This document shows positions 34,162 to 44,846 of a stretch of DNA of 64,000 nucleotides, piece after piece. The stretch is from an uncultured Actinomycetota bacterium (GTDB lineage Bacteria; Actinomycetota; Actinomycetes; JAHEKZ01): contig CAVQYR010000001.1 in assembly GCA_963718235.1 (NCBI GenBank), positions 1,024,001 through 1,088,000 on the forward strand. Direction: 5' to 3'. Within the stretch, counting starts at the first letter, position 1; every line of letters begins with the position of its first letter. A model generated the notes under the pieces. That model saw nothing but the letters and a program-made list of their open reading frames with translations. It searched no databases and had not been told where the DNA came from. A program made the position numbers and the translations under genes.

Positions 34162-35484
34162 ATGACCGAGGTGACTGACCAGAGGCCCGCCGAGGACGTT
34201 CTGCGGCTGTGCCAGGCGCTGCTCCGGATCGACACCACCAACGCCGGGGACGACGACGGCCCAGGGGAGCGGGTAGCGGCCGAGTACGCGGCGAGCGCCC
34301 TCACCGACGCCGGGCTGGTGCCGCAGGTGCTGGAGTCGGCGCCGCGACGGGCGAACGTGGTGACCCGGTGGGACGGGCTGGACCGGACCCGTCCGCCGCT
34401 GCTGGTCCACGGTCACCTCGACGTCGTCCCAGCCGTGGCGTCGGACTGGACCCATCCACCGTTCGCCGGCGAGGTGATCGACGACGTCCTGTGGGGCCGT
34501 GGGGCGATCGACATGAAGCATTTCATCGCCCAGCTCCTGGCGGTCGTGGCCCGGCGCCGTCGAGAAGGTCGCCCGCCGGCCCGCGACGTCGTGCTCGTCT
34601 TCACCGCCGACGAGGAGCACACCGGCCAGCGCGGGGCGTTCTGGCTGGCCGACGCGCACCGGGACGTCTTCGAGGGCGTGGGCGACGCGGTGGGGGAGGG
34701 CGGCGGCTTCACGATGTGGCTGCCGAACGGACGCCGCCTGTACCCGCTGGGCACCGGTGAGAAGGGGCTGCTCTGGGCCACGGTCACCGCCACGGGGCGG
34801 GCAGGACACGGATCGATGGTGAACCGCGAGAACGCCGTCACCCGGCTGGCCGAGGCGATGGCCCGGGTCGGGGCTCATGAGTTCCCGCAGGAGCTGACGC
34901 CGACCACCCGGGCGCTGCTGCTCGTGCTGGCCGACGAGCTCGGAGTCGATGCCCAGACGGCGCTGGCCGACCCCGATGCGCTGGTCTCGGTCATGGGCTC
35001 GATGGCCGACGACCTGCGCGCAGCATTCCGGCACATGGCCAACCCGACCATGCTGGACGCCGGGTACAAGTCCAACGTGATCCCCGGCTCCGCCAGCGGT
35101 GTCATCGACGGCCGGTTCCTGCCCGGAGGGGAGCAGCAGTTCCTCGCCGTCCTCGACGACCTGCTCGGCGAGCACGTGACCCGAGAGGCGATCTGGCACG
35201 ACCCGGCGTTCGAAGGGCCGTTGACCGGAGCCGTCCCCGACGCGATCGCGACGGCGCTCGCGGCCATCGACCCGGAGGGGCGGGTGGCTCCCTACCTCGA
35301 CACCGGTGGAACTGACGCGAAGGCCTTCGTGCCGCTCGGCATCCAGTCCTACGGCTGGACTCCCCTGCTGCTACCGCCAGAACTGGACTACCCGGCCTTG
35401 TTCCACGGCGTTGACGAACGCGTACCGGGATCAGCGCTTCACTTCGGCGTGGAGGTCATGGACCAGCTGTTCGACCTGATCTGA
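34162..35484 (+). CDS. M20/M25/M40-family metallopeptidase
   Basis: HGHLDVVPA, WGRGAIDMK, FTADEE, GEGGG, GGTDAK, FHGVDER. Confidence 0.92.
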   Translation: MTEVTDQRPAEDVLRLCQALLRIDTTNAGDDDGPGERVAAEYAASALTDAGLVPQVLESAPRRANVVTRWDGLDRTRPPLLVHGHLDVVPAVASDWTHPPFAGEVIDDVLWGRGAIDMKHFIAQLLAVVARRRREGRPPARDVVLVFTADEEHTGQRGAFWLADAHRDVFEGVGDAVGEGGGFTMWLPNGRRLYPLGTGEKGLLWATVTATGRAGHGSMVNRENAVTRLAEAMARVGAHEFPQELTPTTRALLLVLADELGVDAQTALADPDALVSVMGSMADDLRAAFRHMANPTMLDAGYKSNVIPGSASGVIDGRFLPGGEQQFLAVLDDLLGEHVTREAIWHDPAFEGPLTGAVPDAIATALAAIDPEGRVAPYLDTGGTDAKAFVPLGIQSYGWTPLLLPPELDYPALFHGVDERVPGSALHFGVEVMDQLFDLI

Positions 35485-35506
35485 CGCCGAAGCAGCGCTG
35501 TTCGAC

Positions 35507-37324
35507 TCAGGCCGCGCGCGGGGTCGGGATCCCTCCCGGAGGCTGCGAGCGCAGCAGCCAGATCGGGTTGCCCGCGCCGACGATCGTGCTGTCGGCCAGG
35601 CGAACGGTGGCCCGGACGAACCGAGACGCCGTCGTGCTGACGGTGGCGGTTGCCACCCCACCGGTGAACGACGACGCGGTGAGCGTCGAGACGACCGTCG
35701 TGCCGGGGTCGACCTTGTTGGCGTAGTCGACCGGCCCGCTGAGGATCTCGACCCGTCCACCTGCAGGCAGGTTCTTCACGTACACCGACAGCCGGTGGCT
35801 CGTTGCGTTGCTGACGTCCACGGCCCCCATCGGGACCGAGTCGTCGGCCATCATGTCCAGCTCCGCCAGCGGCCAACGTCCGCAGTGGGCGACGAAGGCG
35901 CGACCGGCGGACAGCGCCGACACGAGGTCGGCGTCCGAACGAGAGCTGGCCCAGGCTCCGGTGACGAACCCGTTGTTCAGCGTCTTCCAGTTGCGTCCGC
36001 CGTGGTCGTCGTTGGTTCCGTTTCCGGTGAGGAACCGACCGTTGCGGGAGAACGTGTCCCACAGGGCCAGGTGAGTCCACGCATCGACGTTGCCACGCAG
36101 GGAGTAGCCGACCTCGAGGATGTCTGCCCCGTAGACGTCGACTGCCCGCAGCTGCTGGAAAACGGTGTGCCGTTTGGCGATCCGCTCGGCGCTGCTGAGC
36201 AGGGGGCCGCCGTTGTAGCCGAACGGGTGGTTCCACGAGATCACGCCGTGCCCGGTGTGGATGTCGGCGACGAGATCACGGTAGAAGGCATCGTGGTTGG
36301 TCGCGGTGTCCAGCGCGTAGTCGGAGAAGAACTGCGGTACCCCGAACGGGTTCATGTCCGGCAGGTGCCGGCTCACCTCGGTGGTGGTCCGCACGCTCAG
36401 GTCCGGGAACCGCGGCTGGTAGGCACCGATCAACGCCTGTTGGTTGGCGCTCACATGGGTCGGGTCGTTCTGGGTCCGGACGAACTGCACGGCCGAGACG
36501 GCGATGTCGGCAACCGCGCCCTTCTTCGGGCTGGTGGCGACGAACGACAGACCGTAGAAGCACTGGTCCATGGCCAGCATGTCGGGCCACAAGGCAGCGA
36601 TGTCGGTGGCCAGGGGCAGCGTGACCATCGAGCCGGCGGCTTGCTTGGCCTTGGTGACGACGCCGCGGAGCCCGTTGTTCTCCTTGGAGTAACCAGGGGT
36701 TCCAGAACCGAACCGGTAGCGCAGCTCGTAGTTGCCGGCCGGGCGCCCACCCACGGCTGGGTGGTAGGACAGCCCAACGACCACCTCGTACGTGGCGCCA
36801 CCGCTGAGGGTGCAGGCGCTGACGGTGTGCCGCAGGCTCTGCCCGGAGATACCGGTGCGCAGCTTGTTCTTGGCGTTCGGGTCGGGCTGCACGGCAAGGG
36901 TCACTGACGCGGGCGCCGTCGTCGAGGAGCTCTCGGCGAGGAGCCTGATCGCTCCGCCGTTGACCGTCGAGGCCTTCTGGGCTAGGGCTCCGGTGCTGCT
37001 GCTGACCCATACGGCATCGGCCAGCGTGCTCAGGTACTTGTACGCAACGGCTCGTGAGTCGTGGTCGGTCATGAACAGCACGTCGATGTCGTTGGCCGCA
37101 GCCTGGGTGAACTGCGCCTCCCAGCTGCCGAGCCCCTCTGACCAGCTGCCGTGCACGTGCATGGCAAGCCGAAGCGGGACGGCGCCGGTGAACGAGCTGA
37201 GCTCACGCGGAGCGAATGTCGAACGGTGGACCGGAATGGCCAGACCGGCGGTGGCACCGCCAACCCCCAGCAGGAACTGCCGACGGGAGAGGTCCGGGAC
37301 GTGAAACAGTTGCGAAGCCGTCAT
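35507..37324 (-). CDS. Tat-exported PHP-domain-like metallohydrolase
   Basis: SRRQFLL Tat motif; MHVHGSWSEG, MTDHD, WNHP, GTNDDH. Confidence 0.65.
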   Translation of the reverse strand: MTASQLFHVPDLSRRQFLLGVGGATAGLAIPVHRSTFAPRELSSFTGAVPLRLAMHVHGSWSEGLGSWEAQFTQAAANDIDVLFMTDHDSRAVAYKYLSTLADAVWVSSSTGALAQKASTVNGGAIRLLAESSSTTAPASVTLAVQPDPNAKNKLRTGISGQSLRHTVSACTLSGGATYEVVVGLSYHPAVGGRPAGNYELRYRFGSGTPGYSKENNGLRGVVTKAKQAAGSMVTLPLATDIAALWPDMLAMDQCFYGLSFVATSPKKGAVADIAVSAVQFVRTQNDPTHVSANQQALIGAYQPRFPDLSVRTTTEVSRHLPDMNPFGVPQFFSDYALDTATNHDAFYRDLVADIHTGHGVISWNHPFGYNGGPLLSSAERIAKRHTVFQQLRAVDVYGADILEVGYSLRGNVDAWTHLALWDTFSRNGRFLTGNGTNDDHGGRNWKTLNNGFVTGAWASSRSDADLVSALSAGRAFVAHCGRWPLAELDMMADDSVPMGAVDVSNATSHRLSVYVKNLPAGGRVEILSGPVDYANKVDPGTTVVSTLTASSFTGGVATATVSTTASRFVRATVRLADSTIVGAGNPIWLLRSQPPGGIPTPRAA

Positions 37325-37399
37325 GGCGATCGCCTCCATGCTCTGGTACCAATTCTCGCGGCGTGCGCCGCGCGGCGGCAGAGGCACAGGTCCTGGACG

Positions 37400-37855
37400 T
37401 CAGCGCCGTTCGTCGACTGCCTCCGACACGGCAGCTGCTGCAGGTCCGACCGCCGCCGCGACGGCGTGGGACAGACCCCGGCCGTGGTCAGTCGCCTCGA
37501 CCTCGACGCCGACGAGCAGCAAGCGGGTGGGCAGCCGATCGAGGGCACGGGCCAGCTCCACGGCGGCCCCCAGGCCGAACGCGTGACTCCCCGCGGCCGC
37601 CCACGGACCTGTCGGCAAGGGACCGGTCGTGGCATCGATGGTGTGGATGGTGCCCGGTGGGCTTCCGGAGGACACCGCGTCGACGACGATCACGAGCTCC
37701 CTGCCGGTCCAGAGGTCGATCAGGGACGTCGGTTCGTCCAGGAGCATGGAGTCGACGTCCGGGCGGTTCTCCAGGTCCAGCCGGGAGACCACCGCGGGAC
37801 CGACGCCGTCGTCTCCGCGGTCGGGTCGCCCGAGGCCGACGATCAGCGTGGTCAT
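37400..37855 (-). CDS. Hydrogenase maturation protease
   Basis: [31 protein letters not shown]. Confidence 0.9.
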   Translation of the reverse strand: MTTLIVGLGRPDRGDDGVGPAVVSRLDLENRPDVDSMLLDEPTSLIDLWTGRELVIVVDAVSSGSPPGTIHTIDATTGPLPTGPWAAAGSHAFGLGAAVELARALDRLPTRLLLVGVEVEATDHGRGLSHAVAAAVGPAAAAVSEAVDERR

Positions 37856-39165
37856 GGTCGGTCCGTGGACTCCACCGTGAGGTCGAGGAAGTGGGTGGCG
37901 CACGAGATGCACGGGTCGTAGTTGCGCACCGCCTGCTCGCAGCGCAGGGTCAGCTCGTCGTGGTCGAGGTGCAACCGGTCCTGGACGAACCCGTGCAGGT
38001 CCTCCTCGATGCTCGCCAGGTTCTGTGAGGTGGGAGGCACGATGACCGCGTCGAGGACCGTGCCGTCGTCGTCCAGCTCGTAGCGGTGGTAGAGCATGCC
38101 GCGGGGCGCCTCGGTCGCACCGTGCCCGATCCCGGCCCTCGGCGTGATCTCGACGGAGGGGGCAGCGGAGCCGTCCCACTCGTCGATCAGGCGCAGCGCC
38201 TCGTCGAGGGCGTACACGAGCTCGACCGAGCGGACGATGATCGACTGGAACGGGTTGCGGCACTCGGGACCGAGGCCCGCGTCGCGTGCCACCTCCTGGG
38301 CCAGGGGCGACAGCTGGTCGTGGTTCAGCGCGTAGCGCGCCAACGGGCCCACGACGTAGGTGGTGTGCCCGTCGAGGTGGGCGTGCAGGGCGTTGGACCT
38401 GGCCACGTGCTGCTCGACGACGACGTCGCCGAACTGTGCCACGTCGAACCGCCGTCCTGCGCTCGACACCACCGAGCCACCCTCCAGGGGGTAGCCGTTC
38501 GGTGACCGCAGGGCGACGTACTCCTGGGTCTGGGTGAAGTCGGGGAACTCGAAGCCCGCCACCCAGGTCGCCGTGGCGACCGCGTCGTCGCGGGCCTGGA
38601 GCAGGGTCGGTCGCAGCCCGGCGAGCTCGGCGCGGGTCGGCATGCGGTAGAAGCCGCCGACCTTCACGTTGATCGGGTGCACGGCTCGGCCTCCGACGAG
38701 CGCCATCAAGGCGTTGCCGGCCTTCTTCAGAGCCAGGCCGCGTTCGACCGCCTCGCGATGGTCAGCGGCCATCTCGATGACGCCGTCGTAGCCGAGGAAG
38801 TCGGGGGCATGGAGCAGGTAGATGTGCAGTGCGTGGCTCTCGATCCACTCCCCGCAGTACAGCAGTCGCCGCATCCGCCGGATCTCCTCGGTGACCGCGA
38901 CGCCACACGCGTCCTCGATCGCCTGGCAGGCGCTCATCTGGTAGGCGACGGGGCAGATCCCGCAGATCCGAGCGGTGATGTCCGGTGGCTCGGTCCAGGC
39001 CCGGCCGCGCAGGAGCGCCTCGAAGAAGCGCGGGGGCTCGAAGATGTTCAGCTCGACGTCAGCCACCTGTCCGTCACGCACCACGACCTTCATGGCGCCC
39101 TCGCCCTCGACCCGGGCGAGCGGGTCGGCACGCAGCACCTGGTCACCGGTCGGCTTGTGCGTCAC
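37852..39165 (-). CDS. Group 3b NiFe hydrogenase large (alpha) subunit
   Basis: [24 protein letters not shown] (L1), [16 protein letters not shown] (L2) plus cleavable tail. Confidence 0.93.
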   Translation of the reverse strand: MTHKPTGDQVLRADPLARVEGEGAMKVVVRDGQVADVELNIFEPPRFFEALLRGRAWTEPPDITARICGICPVAYQMSACQAIEDACGVAVTEEIRRMRRLLYCGEWIESHALHIYLLHAPDFLGYDGVIEMAADHREAVERGLALKKAGNALMALVGGRAVHPINVKVGGFYRMPTRAELAGLRPTLLQARDDAVATATWVAGFEFPDFTQTQEYVALRSPNGYPLEGGSVVSSAGRRFDVAQFGDVVVEQHVARSNALHAHLDGHTTYVVGPLARYALNHDQLSPLAQEVARDAGLGPECRNPFQSIIVRSVELVYALDEALRLIDEWDGSAAPSVEITPRAGIGHGATEAPRGMLYHRYELDDDGTVLDAVIVPPTSQNLASIEEDLHGFVQDRLHLDHDELTLRCEQAVRNYDPCISCATHFLDLTVESTDRP

Positions 39166-39959
39166 GACGTGGCCTCCTCGACGGTGGCAGCGTGCCGATC
39201 GCTCTCCACCCGGAAGGGCTCGGCGCCGGCGTTGAACGTGCGGAAGACCCGGTGGACGTCCAGGTCGGGCATGCCGAGCCAGGTCAGCCGTTCGGCGAGG
39301 GAGGCGGTGTTGGGGGTGTCCTGCGGGCCGAAGCAGCCGTAGCAGCCGCGCGCGTAGGCGGGGCACAGGGCCCCGCACCCGGCCTGGGTGGCTGGCCCGA
39401 GGCACGGGGTGCCGTGGGCGACGGCGACACAGACCGAACCTCGCTGCTTGCACTCCACGCACACGCTGTAGGCGGGGATCTTCGGTCGGCGTCCCTGCAA
39501 CGAGGCGGCCAGCACCTCCAGCAGCTGGTGCCGGTCGATCGGGCAGCCGCGCAGCTCGAAGTCGACGGCCACGTGGTCGGCGATCGGCGTCGCCTGCTCC
39601 AGGGTGTCGATGTACTCGGGGTGGGCGTAGACGATCGAGCGGAACTCCGCGACGTCGGCGAAGTTGCGCAGGGCCTGGATCCCCCCGCTGGTTGCGCAGG
39701 CGCCGATGGTGACCAGCAGGCGTGAGGCCGCGCGGATCTGCTGGATGCGCTCGAGGTCGTCAGGTGTGGTCACCGACCCCTCGACCAGCGAGACGTCGTA
39801 CGGGCCGTCGAGCATGCCCCTGGTCGCCTCGGGGAAGTACGCGATCCGGACGGCACCGGCCAGCGGGAGCAGCTCGTCCTCGCAGTTGAGCACGGTCAGC
39901 TGGCAGCCGTCGCAGGAGGCGAACTTCCACACGGCCAGCGTCGGGCGGTCATCGGTCAT
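39162..39959 (-). CDS. Group 3b NiFe hydrogenase small (delta) subunit
   Basis: [53 protein letters not shown]. Confidence 0.92.
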   Translation of the reverse strand: MTDDRPTLAVWKFASCDGCQLTVLNCEDELLPLAGAVRIAYFPEATRGMLDGPYDVSLVEGSVTTPDDLERIQQIRAASRLLVTIGACATSGGIQALRNFADVAEFRSIVYAHPEYIDTLEQATPIADHVAVDFELRGCPIDRHQLLEVLAASLQGRRPKIPAYSVCVECKQRGSVCVAVAHGTPCLGPATQAGCGALCPAYARGCYGCFGPQDTPNTASLAERLTWLGMPDLDVHRVFRTFNAGAEPFRVESDRHAATVEEATS

Positions 39960-39960
39960 G

Positions 39961-40818
39961 TCACAGCTCCCGGACGGCGAGCAGCGGGGCGAGGGTGGGG
40001 TAGTCGAGCACCGGCCCGTCGAGGCACAGGAACAGGTGGCGCAGCTGGCAGTGTCCGCACAGGCCGACGCCGCACTTCATGTTGCGTTCCATCGACAGCC
40101 GGATCCGCTCCGGGGCGACGCCGAGGTCCAGCAGTGACTGGGACACGTACCGCATCATCACCTCTGGCCCGCAGACCAGCGCGAGGACACGCGCCGGGTC
40201 GACGTCGGCGCGCGGCACGAGCGAGGTGACCAGACCGACCCGTCCGGTCCAGCCCGGCGTGCCCTGGTCGACGACCACGTCGACGTCGATGCCCTGCTCG
40301 CGCCAGAGCTCGAGCTCGTCGGTGAACAGCCGCTCTCCGGGGCTGCGCGCTCCGTACAGCAGGGCGACCCGGCCGAACTGGTCCCGCTCCGCGACCAGCT
40401 GCAGCAGGGTCGGCCGCAGCGGGGCAAGGCCGATCCCGCCGGCCACGACGACGACGTCGCCTGCCCGTCCGTCCTCCACCCGCCAGCCGACGCCGAACGG
40501 GCCTCGGACGTCGACCACCTGACCGACGTCCGACCCCACGAGCTGGTGGGTCACCCCGCCGACGTCGCGGATCGTGTGCACGAGGGGACCGCCTCGCGGG
40601 TCGCCGCTGATCGAGACCGGCACCTCCCCGGCACCGAGGCGGCCCAGCATCGTGAACTGGCCGGGTGCGAAGGTCATGGGCGGTCCCGTGACCGGCTCGA
40701 GGGCCAGAGTGACGGTGTCGGCCGTGTCCGCACGCCGCTCGACGACCCGGAACGGGCGGGGGCGCATGGCGTCGTGGAGCCCCGCTGCGCCCCCGGTGCC
40801 AGTCATGGTCTCGGTCAC
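39961..40818 (-). CDS. Hydrogenase gamma subunit (FAD/NAD(P)-binding, 2Fe-2S)
   Basis: [35 protein letters not shown]...CLDGPV. Confidence 0.92.
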   Translation of the reverse strand: MTETMTGTGGAAGLHDAMRPRPFRVVERRADTADTVTLALEPVTGPPMTFAPGQFTMLGRLGAGEVPVSISGDPRGGPLVHTIRDVGGVTHQLVGSDVGQVVDVRGPFGVGWRVEDGRAGDVVVVAGGIGLAPLRPTLLQLVAERDQFGRVALLYGARSPGERLFTDELELWREQGIDVDVVVDQGTPGWTGRVGLVTSLVPRADVDPARVLALVCGPEVMMRYVSQSLLDLGVAPERIRLSMERNMKCGVGLCGHCQLRHLFLCLDGPVLDYPTLAPLLAVREL

Positions 40819-40822
40819 CGAG

Positions 40823-41284
40823 TCACCCGGTCGTCCCGTACAGGTCGAGCAGCCGGATCCGCGACGCCTGGAGCCGCTCGTACATCACCTGCGCCACGCG
40901 CTGCATGAGCGCGTAACCGAGCCGCGGGTCGTCGTCGCACTTGCCGCGCAGGCACGTGCCGTCGAACACCACCGCGCTGGTGGAGGAGACGGCCCGGGCG
41001 TCGAACAGCCAGCGGTGCGGCGGGACCAGCCACGACCAGCCGAGCACCTCACCGTCGTCGACGGTGTCGATGACCAGGGAGCCGCCGGCGGGCTGGTGCG
41101 CCTCGATCGCGACCCGGCCATGACGGATCATGTAGAAGGTCTCGGCCGGGTCACCCTCGCGGTACAGGTAGTCGCCCTCGCGGGCGTGCATGTTGCTCGC
41201 GCAGCCGGCGATGAGGGTCAGCGCGGCGTCGTCCAGGCCGGCGAAGAACGGGTGCTCGTGGAGCAGCTGGTCGATGGTGCGCAT
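40823..41284 (-). CDS. Stand-alone cyclic-nucleotide-binding domain protein
   Basis: HPFFAGL, YREGDPAETFYMIRHGRV, GEVLGWSWL; 153 aa, no HTH. Confidence 0.85.
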   Translation of the reverse strand: MRTIDQLLHEHPFFAGLDDAALTLIAGCASNMHAREGDYLYREGDPAETFYMIRHGRVAIEAHQPAGGSLVIDTVDDGEVLGWSWLVPPHRWLFDARAVSSTSAVVFDGTCLRGKCDDDPRLGYALMQRVAQVMYERLQASRIRLLDLYGTTG

Positions 41285-41285
41285 G

Positions 41286-42437
41286 TCAGACCTCCGAGGG
41301 ACCGGTGGTGACCGAGGGGGCTTGCGGGTCGACCCGGAGGGCCGCTACCTCCGCGGTGATGTCGATCGCGGCGGGGCACCACGTCACGCACCGACCGCAG
41401 CCGACGCAGCCGGAAGTGCCGAACTGGTCCCACCACGCGGCCAGCTTGTGGGTGGCCCACTGGCGGTAGCGCGACCGGGTCGAGGGTCGGATGCTGCCGC
41501 CGTGCAGGTAGGAGAAGTCGCTGGTGAAGCAGGAGTCCCACACCCGGACGCGCTCCGCGGTGCCGGTCGCGAGGTCGGTGTGGTCCTCGACCGAGGTGCA
41601 GAAGCACGTCGGGCAGACCAGCGTGCAGTTGCTGCAGGCCAAGCACCGGCTTGCGACGTCGTCCCACTGGGGGTGCTCGGCGTTGGCGTACAGAAGGTCC
41701 TTGAGGTCCGTGGTGTCGAGCTGCCGGCCCATGTGCTGGACGGCCGTCTCGACCACCTGGGACGCCGCAGCGGCGTCGTGGTCGGTGGCGGCGACGGTCG
41801 GGAGCCGGCCCAGCAGCTCGGTGCCGTCCGGGCTGCCGGCCCGGACGAGGAAGCGGTGGCCGTCGCCATCGAGCAGCTCGGTGAGCGCGAGGTCGTAGCC
41901 CTGCCGCGGCGAGGGGCCGGTGCCCATCGAGGTGCAGAAGCACGTGCTGGCCGGGGAACCGCAGGCAACAGCCAGGATGAGCACGTCGGCCCGGCGGGCG
42001 GCGTAGTGGGTGTCGACGCCGGAACGGCCCATGAGCACGGTGTCGTGCACGCCGAGGGCCGCCAGGTCGCAGGAGCGCACGCCGAGCAGGGCATACCGAC
42101 CAGGTTCGGGACGGACCTCCGACGAGGCGTCGGGCGAGGCGTCCGGTCCTGACCGTTGCAGCAGCTCACGGGCGGGGAACAAGAGGCGCTTCCAGGACTC
42201 CGCGCCGACGGCGTAGCCGAACAGCGCCTCGTCGTCGCGCCGGGTCAGCCGGTAGTGGGCGCCGTCCTGCTCGTCGCCGACTCCGCGCGGCAGGTCGTCG
42301 ACCGAGGTGATCTCCGCATGACCGATCACGCCGTCGCGCACGGTAGGTCCCAGGACGGTGTAGCCGTCGGAACGCAGCAGGTCGACCATGACCTGCAACC
42401 CCGACACGTCGAGGACCGCGGACGGGTAGGGCGCCAT
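41286..42437 (-). CDS. Hydrogenase beta subunit (4Fe-4S dicluster)
   Basis: GVRSCDL, TCFCTSMG, CLACSNCTLVCPTCFC, SGCVGCGRCVTWCP. Confidence 0.92.
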   Translation of the reverse strand: MAPYPSAVLDVSGLQVMVDLLRSDGYTVLGPTVRDGVIGHAEITSVDDLPRGVGDEQDGAHYRLTRRDDEALFGYAVGAESWKRLLFPARELLQRSGPDASPDASSEVRPEPGRYALLGVRSCDLAALGVHDTVLMGRSGVDTHYAARRADVLILAVACGSPASTCFCTSMGTGPSPRQGYDLALTELLDGDGHRFLVRAGSPDGTELLGRLPTVAATDHDAAAASQVVETAVQHMGRQLDTTDLKDLLYANAEHPQWDDVASRCLACSNCTLVCPTCFCTSVEDHTDLATGTAERVRVWDSCFTSDFSYLHGGSIRPSTRSRYRQWATHKLAAWWDQFGTSGCVGCGRCVTWCPAAIDITAEVAALRVDPQAPSVTTGPSEV

Positions 42438-42490
42438 GAGACCTCCGGAGGGACAGCCCCATCGTCGCGGGTCGAGCCGGTCGGACGCGA

Positions 42491-42504
42491 GGGCCAAAGG
42501 GCAC
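42491..42504. promoter_or_regulatory. Possible DosR/DevR-type box upstream of the hydrogenase operon
   Basis: GGGCCAAAGGGCAC, a degenerate match to GGGACTWWAGTCCC. Confidence 0.4.
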
Positions 42505-42697
42505 GGCCCTGCGACCTGACCCGCCGGGACTGCCGCCGACGGTCCGCTCAGACTGCCGTTCACGAGACGTCCACCTCTAGGCTGGGTGGTCCGGGAACGT
42601 AGGCGCGGCGGGGTCCCGTCGGCCGTCGAGGAGGTCATGGTCGTGAGTGGCGGCACGAACGAGAACCAGCTCGACGAGGGCGGGGTGGCCTGACGCC

Positions 42698-43999
42698 ATG
42701 TCCCCTCGTCTTGCAGCCGTGCTCGCTTTGGTGAGTCTCCTCGCCGCGGCGGCCGTGGCCGTCCACCACGCCCTCACCACCTTCCCCACGGGCCTGGTCG
42801 CCCTCGGCCTGCTTGCGCTTGCCGCGGTTGTGGCCTGGCAGGGGCTGATCCGCGGTGGTGGAGCGAGAACCGGAGCGTGGGTCGTGGCCGCCCTTCTGGT
42901 CGCGGGGGCCCTCGGGGTCCTCCTCGTAGACGGGGTCAAGGTCAGCGGGCTGCTCACCGTCGTGCTCCTGCTGGTCGCCGTGGCCCTGAGCAAGCGGGCC
43001 TTCTCGGTGCACCTGCGTCTGCCCGCGGCACCCGCTCCGCAGCGCGCGGTGGTCGTCTACAACATCAAGTCCGGCGGCGGGAAGGCGCTCACGAACAACC
43101 TCGCCGAGGAAGCCCGCAAGCGTGGCATCGAGCCGCGCGAGTTCCAGCCCGGCGAGGACTGGGAGCAGGTCGTCCGCGACCTGGTCGCCCAGGGCGCCGA
43201 CGGACTTGCAGCGGCCGGAGGCGACGGCACGCAGGCGCTGGTCGCCACCATCGCGGCCGAGCACGACCTCCCGTTCGCGTGCATCCCGGCGGGCACGCGC
43301 AACCACTTCGCCCTCGACCTGGGCGTCGACCGAGACGACGTGGTCGGTGCGCTGGACGCCTTCGTCAACGGTGGGGAGAAGCGGGTCGACCTGGGCGAGG
43401 TGAGCGGGCGGGTCTTCGTGAACAACGTGTCGCTGGGCCTGTACGCCGAGGCGGTGCAGAACGAGGGCTACCGCGACGCCAAGATCCGCACCCTGCTCGA
43501 CACCGTCCCGACCATGCTCGCACCCGGTGGTGGAGAGGTAGCCCACGAGCTGCGCTGGACCGGGCCGGACGGCACTCCGGAGCGGTCCGCGGCGGTCGTC
43601 CTGGTCTCCAACAACGTCTACCGGCTCGGGCGGGCGATCGGCTCCGGCACCCGCCCCCGCATGGACAAGGGGCAGCTGGGGGTGGCGGTGATGGGCGCCG
43701 CAGACGGCGGTGACGGGCGCCGACACGCCCTGCGTGAGTGGGCGACCAGGGAGTTCGTGATCGAGTCCGAGGGGCAGGTGCCGCTGGGGGTCGACGGTGA
43801 AGCCCTGGTCATGGCGAGCCCCGTGACCTTCCGGATCCGACCGGCCGCCCTGCGGGTGCGGATCGCCCCGCAGCACCCTGGCGCATCGCCGTCCGCGGCC
43901 CAGCCGAGCGGGCTGCGCGATGGCGTGCGTCGGCTCTTCAAGGTCGCCGGCGGCGCCGACCCGGCCGACCTCGGCGCCGCCGGTCCGCTGGGTCCCTAG
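42698..43999 (+). CDS. Membrane-anchored diacylglycerol-kinase-family protein
   Basis: N-terminal TM helices; NIKSGGGKA, AAGGDGT, IPAGTRNHFA, FVNNVSLG, VDGE. Confidence 0.85.
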   Translation: MSPRLAAVLALVSLLAAAAVAVHHALTTFPTGLVALGLLALAAVVAWQGLIRGGGARTGAWVVAALLVAGALGVLLVDGVKVSGLLTVVLLLVAVALSKRAFSVHLRLPAAPAPQRAVVVYNIKSGGGKALTNNLAEEARKRGIEPREFQPGEDWEQVVRDLVAQGADGLAAAGGDGTQALVATIAAEHDLPFACIPAGTRNHFALDLGVDRDDVVGALDAFVNGGEKRVDLGEVSGRVFVNNVSLGLYAEAVQNEGYRDAKIRTLLDTVPTMLAPGGGEVAHELRWTGPDGTPERSAAVVLVSNNVYRLGRAIGSGTRPRMDKGQLGVAVMGAADGGDGRRHALREWATREFVIESEGQVPLGVDGEALVMASPVTFRIRPAALRVRIAPQHPGASPSAAQPSGLRDGVRRLFKVAGGADPADLGAAGPLGP

Positions 44000-44008
44000 G
44001 CTCCGGGC

Positions 44009-44677
44009 ATGGTGCAGGCGGGTGTGCCGGAGGGTCGTCGCGGGGAGCGGCGGCTGCCGATGGCGCTTGCCGTCGTCGTGGCGGCCGCCCTGAACTTCCT
44101 GATCCCGGCCGAGTTCCGGGTCAGTGAGGCCTCCCCTTACGCCTACCCCGCGTTCCTGGTCATGCTGCTCGGCATCCTGATCATCGGCGACCCCGGACGG
44201 ATCGACCGCCAGAACCGATGGCTGCGGGTCGTGACGGGGGTGATGGTCGGCTTGATCACGGCGGCCGCTGCCGTCTCCGCGCTGCGACTCGTCGTGGCGA
44301 TCCTGGTCGGTGACCAGTTCGACACCGCTGGAGTGCTGCTGACCATCGGCGCCGTGGTCTGGGTCACGACCGTCATCGCGTTCGCCCTCTGGTACTGGCA
44401 CCTGGACTGCGGAGGTCCGGCGGCCCGGGCGAACGGGGACTACGCGGTGCTGCCGGCCTTCCGGTTCCCCGAGCAGGACATCGACTCGCCCGCCTATGCC
44501 GGCTGGTACCCGCAGTTCGTCGACTACCTGGCGCTGTCGTTCAACACCGCGACGTCCTTCGGTCCTACCGACGTCCCCGCGGTTCGGCACTGGTCGAAGC
44601 TGTGGCTGATGACTGAGTCGGGCATCTCGCTGGCGCTGATCGGTCTTGTCGTCGCCCGGGCGATCAACGAGCTCTAG
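44009..44677 (+). CDS. DUF1345-like membrane protein
   Basis: FALWYW, FRFP, PQFVDYLALSFNTATSFGPTD, LVVARAIN. Confidence 0.8.
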   Translation: MVQAGVPEGRRGERRLPMALAVVVAAALNFLIPAEFRVSEASPYAYPAFLVMLLGILIIGDPGRIDRQNRWLRVVTGVMVGLITAAAAVSALRLVVAILVGDQFDTAGVLLTIGAVVWVTTVIAFALWYWHLDCGGPAARANGDYAVLPAFRFPEQDIDSPAYAGWYPQFVDYLALSFNTATSFGPTDVPAVRHWSKLWLMTESGISLALIGLVVARAINEL

Positions 44678-44739
44678 TCGACCCAGTCGACCGCGGCGCC
44701 CGGGCCGGCGGGCAGCGCCCATGGGCCTCGAGCGTGCTC

Positions 44740-44816
44740 TGGGGTGAGTGACGGGGCTCGAACCCGCGACAACCGGGACCACAACCCGGTGCTCTACCAG
44801 CTGAGCTACACCCACC
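44740..44816 (-). tRNA. tRNA-His(GTG)
   Basis: GGTGGGTGTAGCTCAGCTGGTAGAGCACCGGGTTGTGGTCCCGG...GGTTCGAGCCCCGTCACTCACCCCA, with G-1 and encoded CCA. Confidence 0.95.
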
Positions 44817-44846
44817 ATTGCCGCAGCAAGCTGCAGCCCCGAGAGT

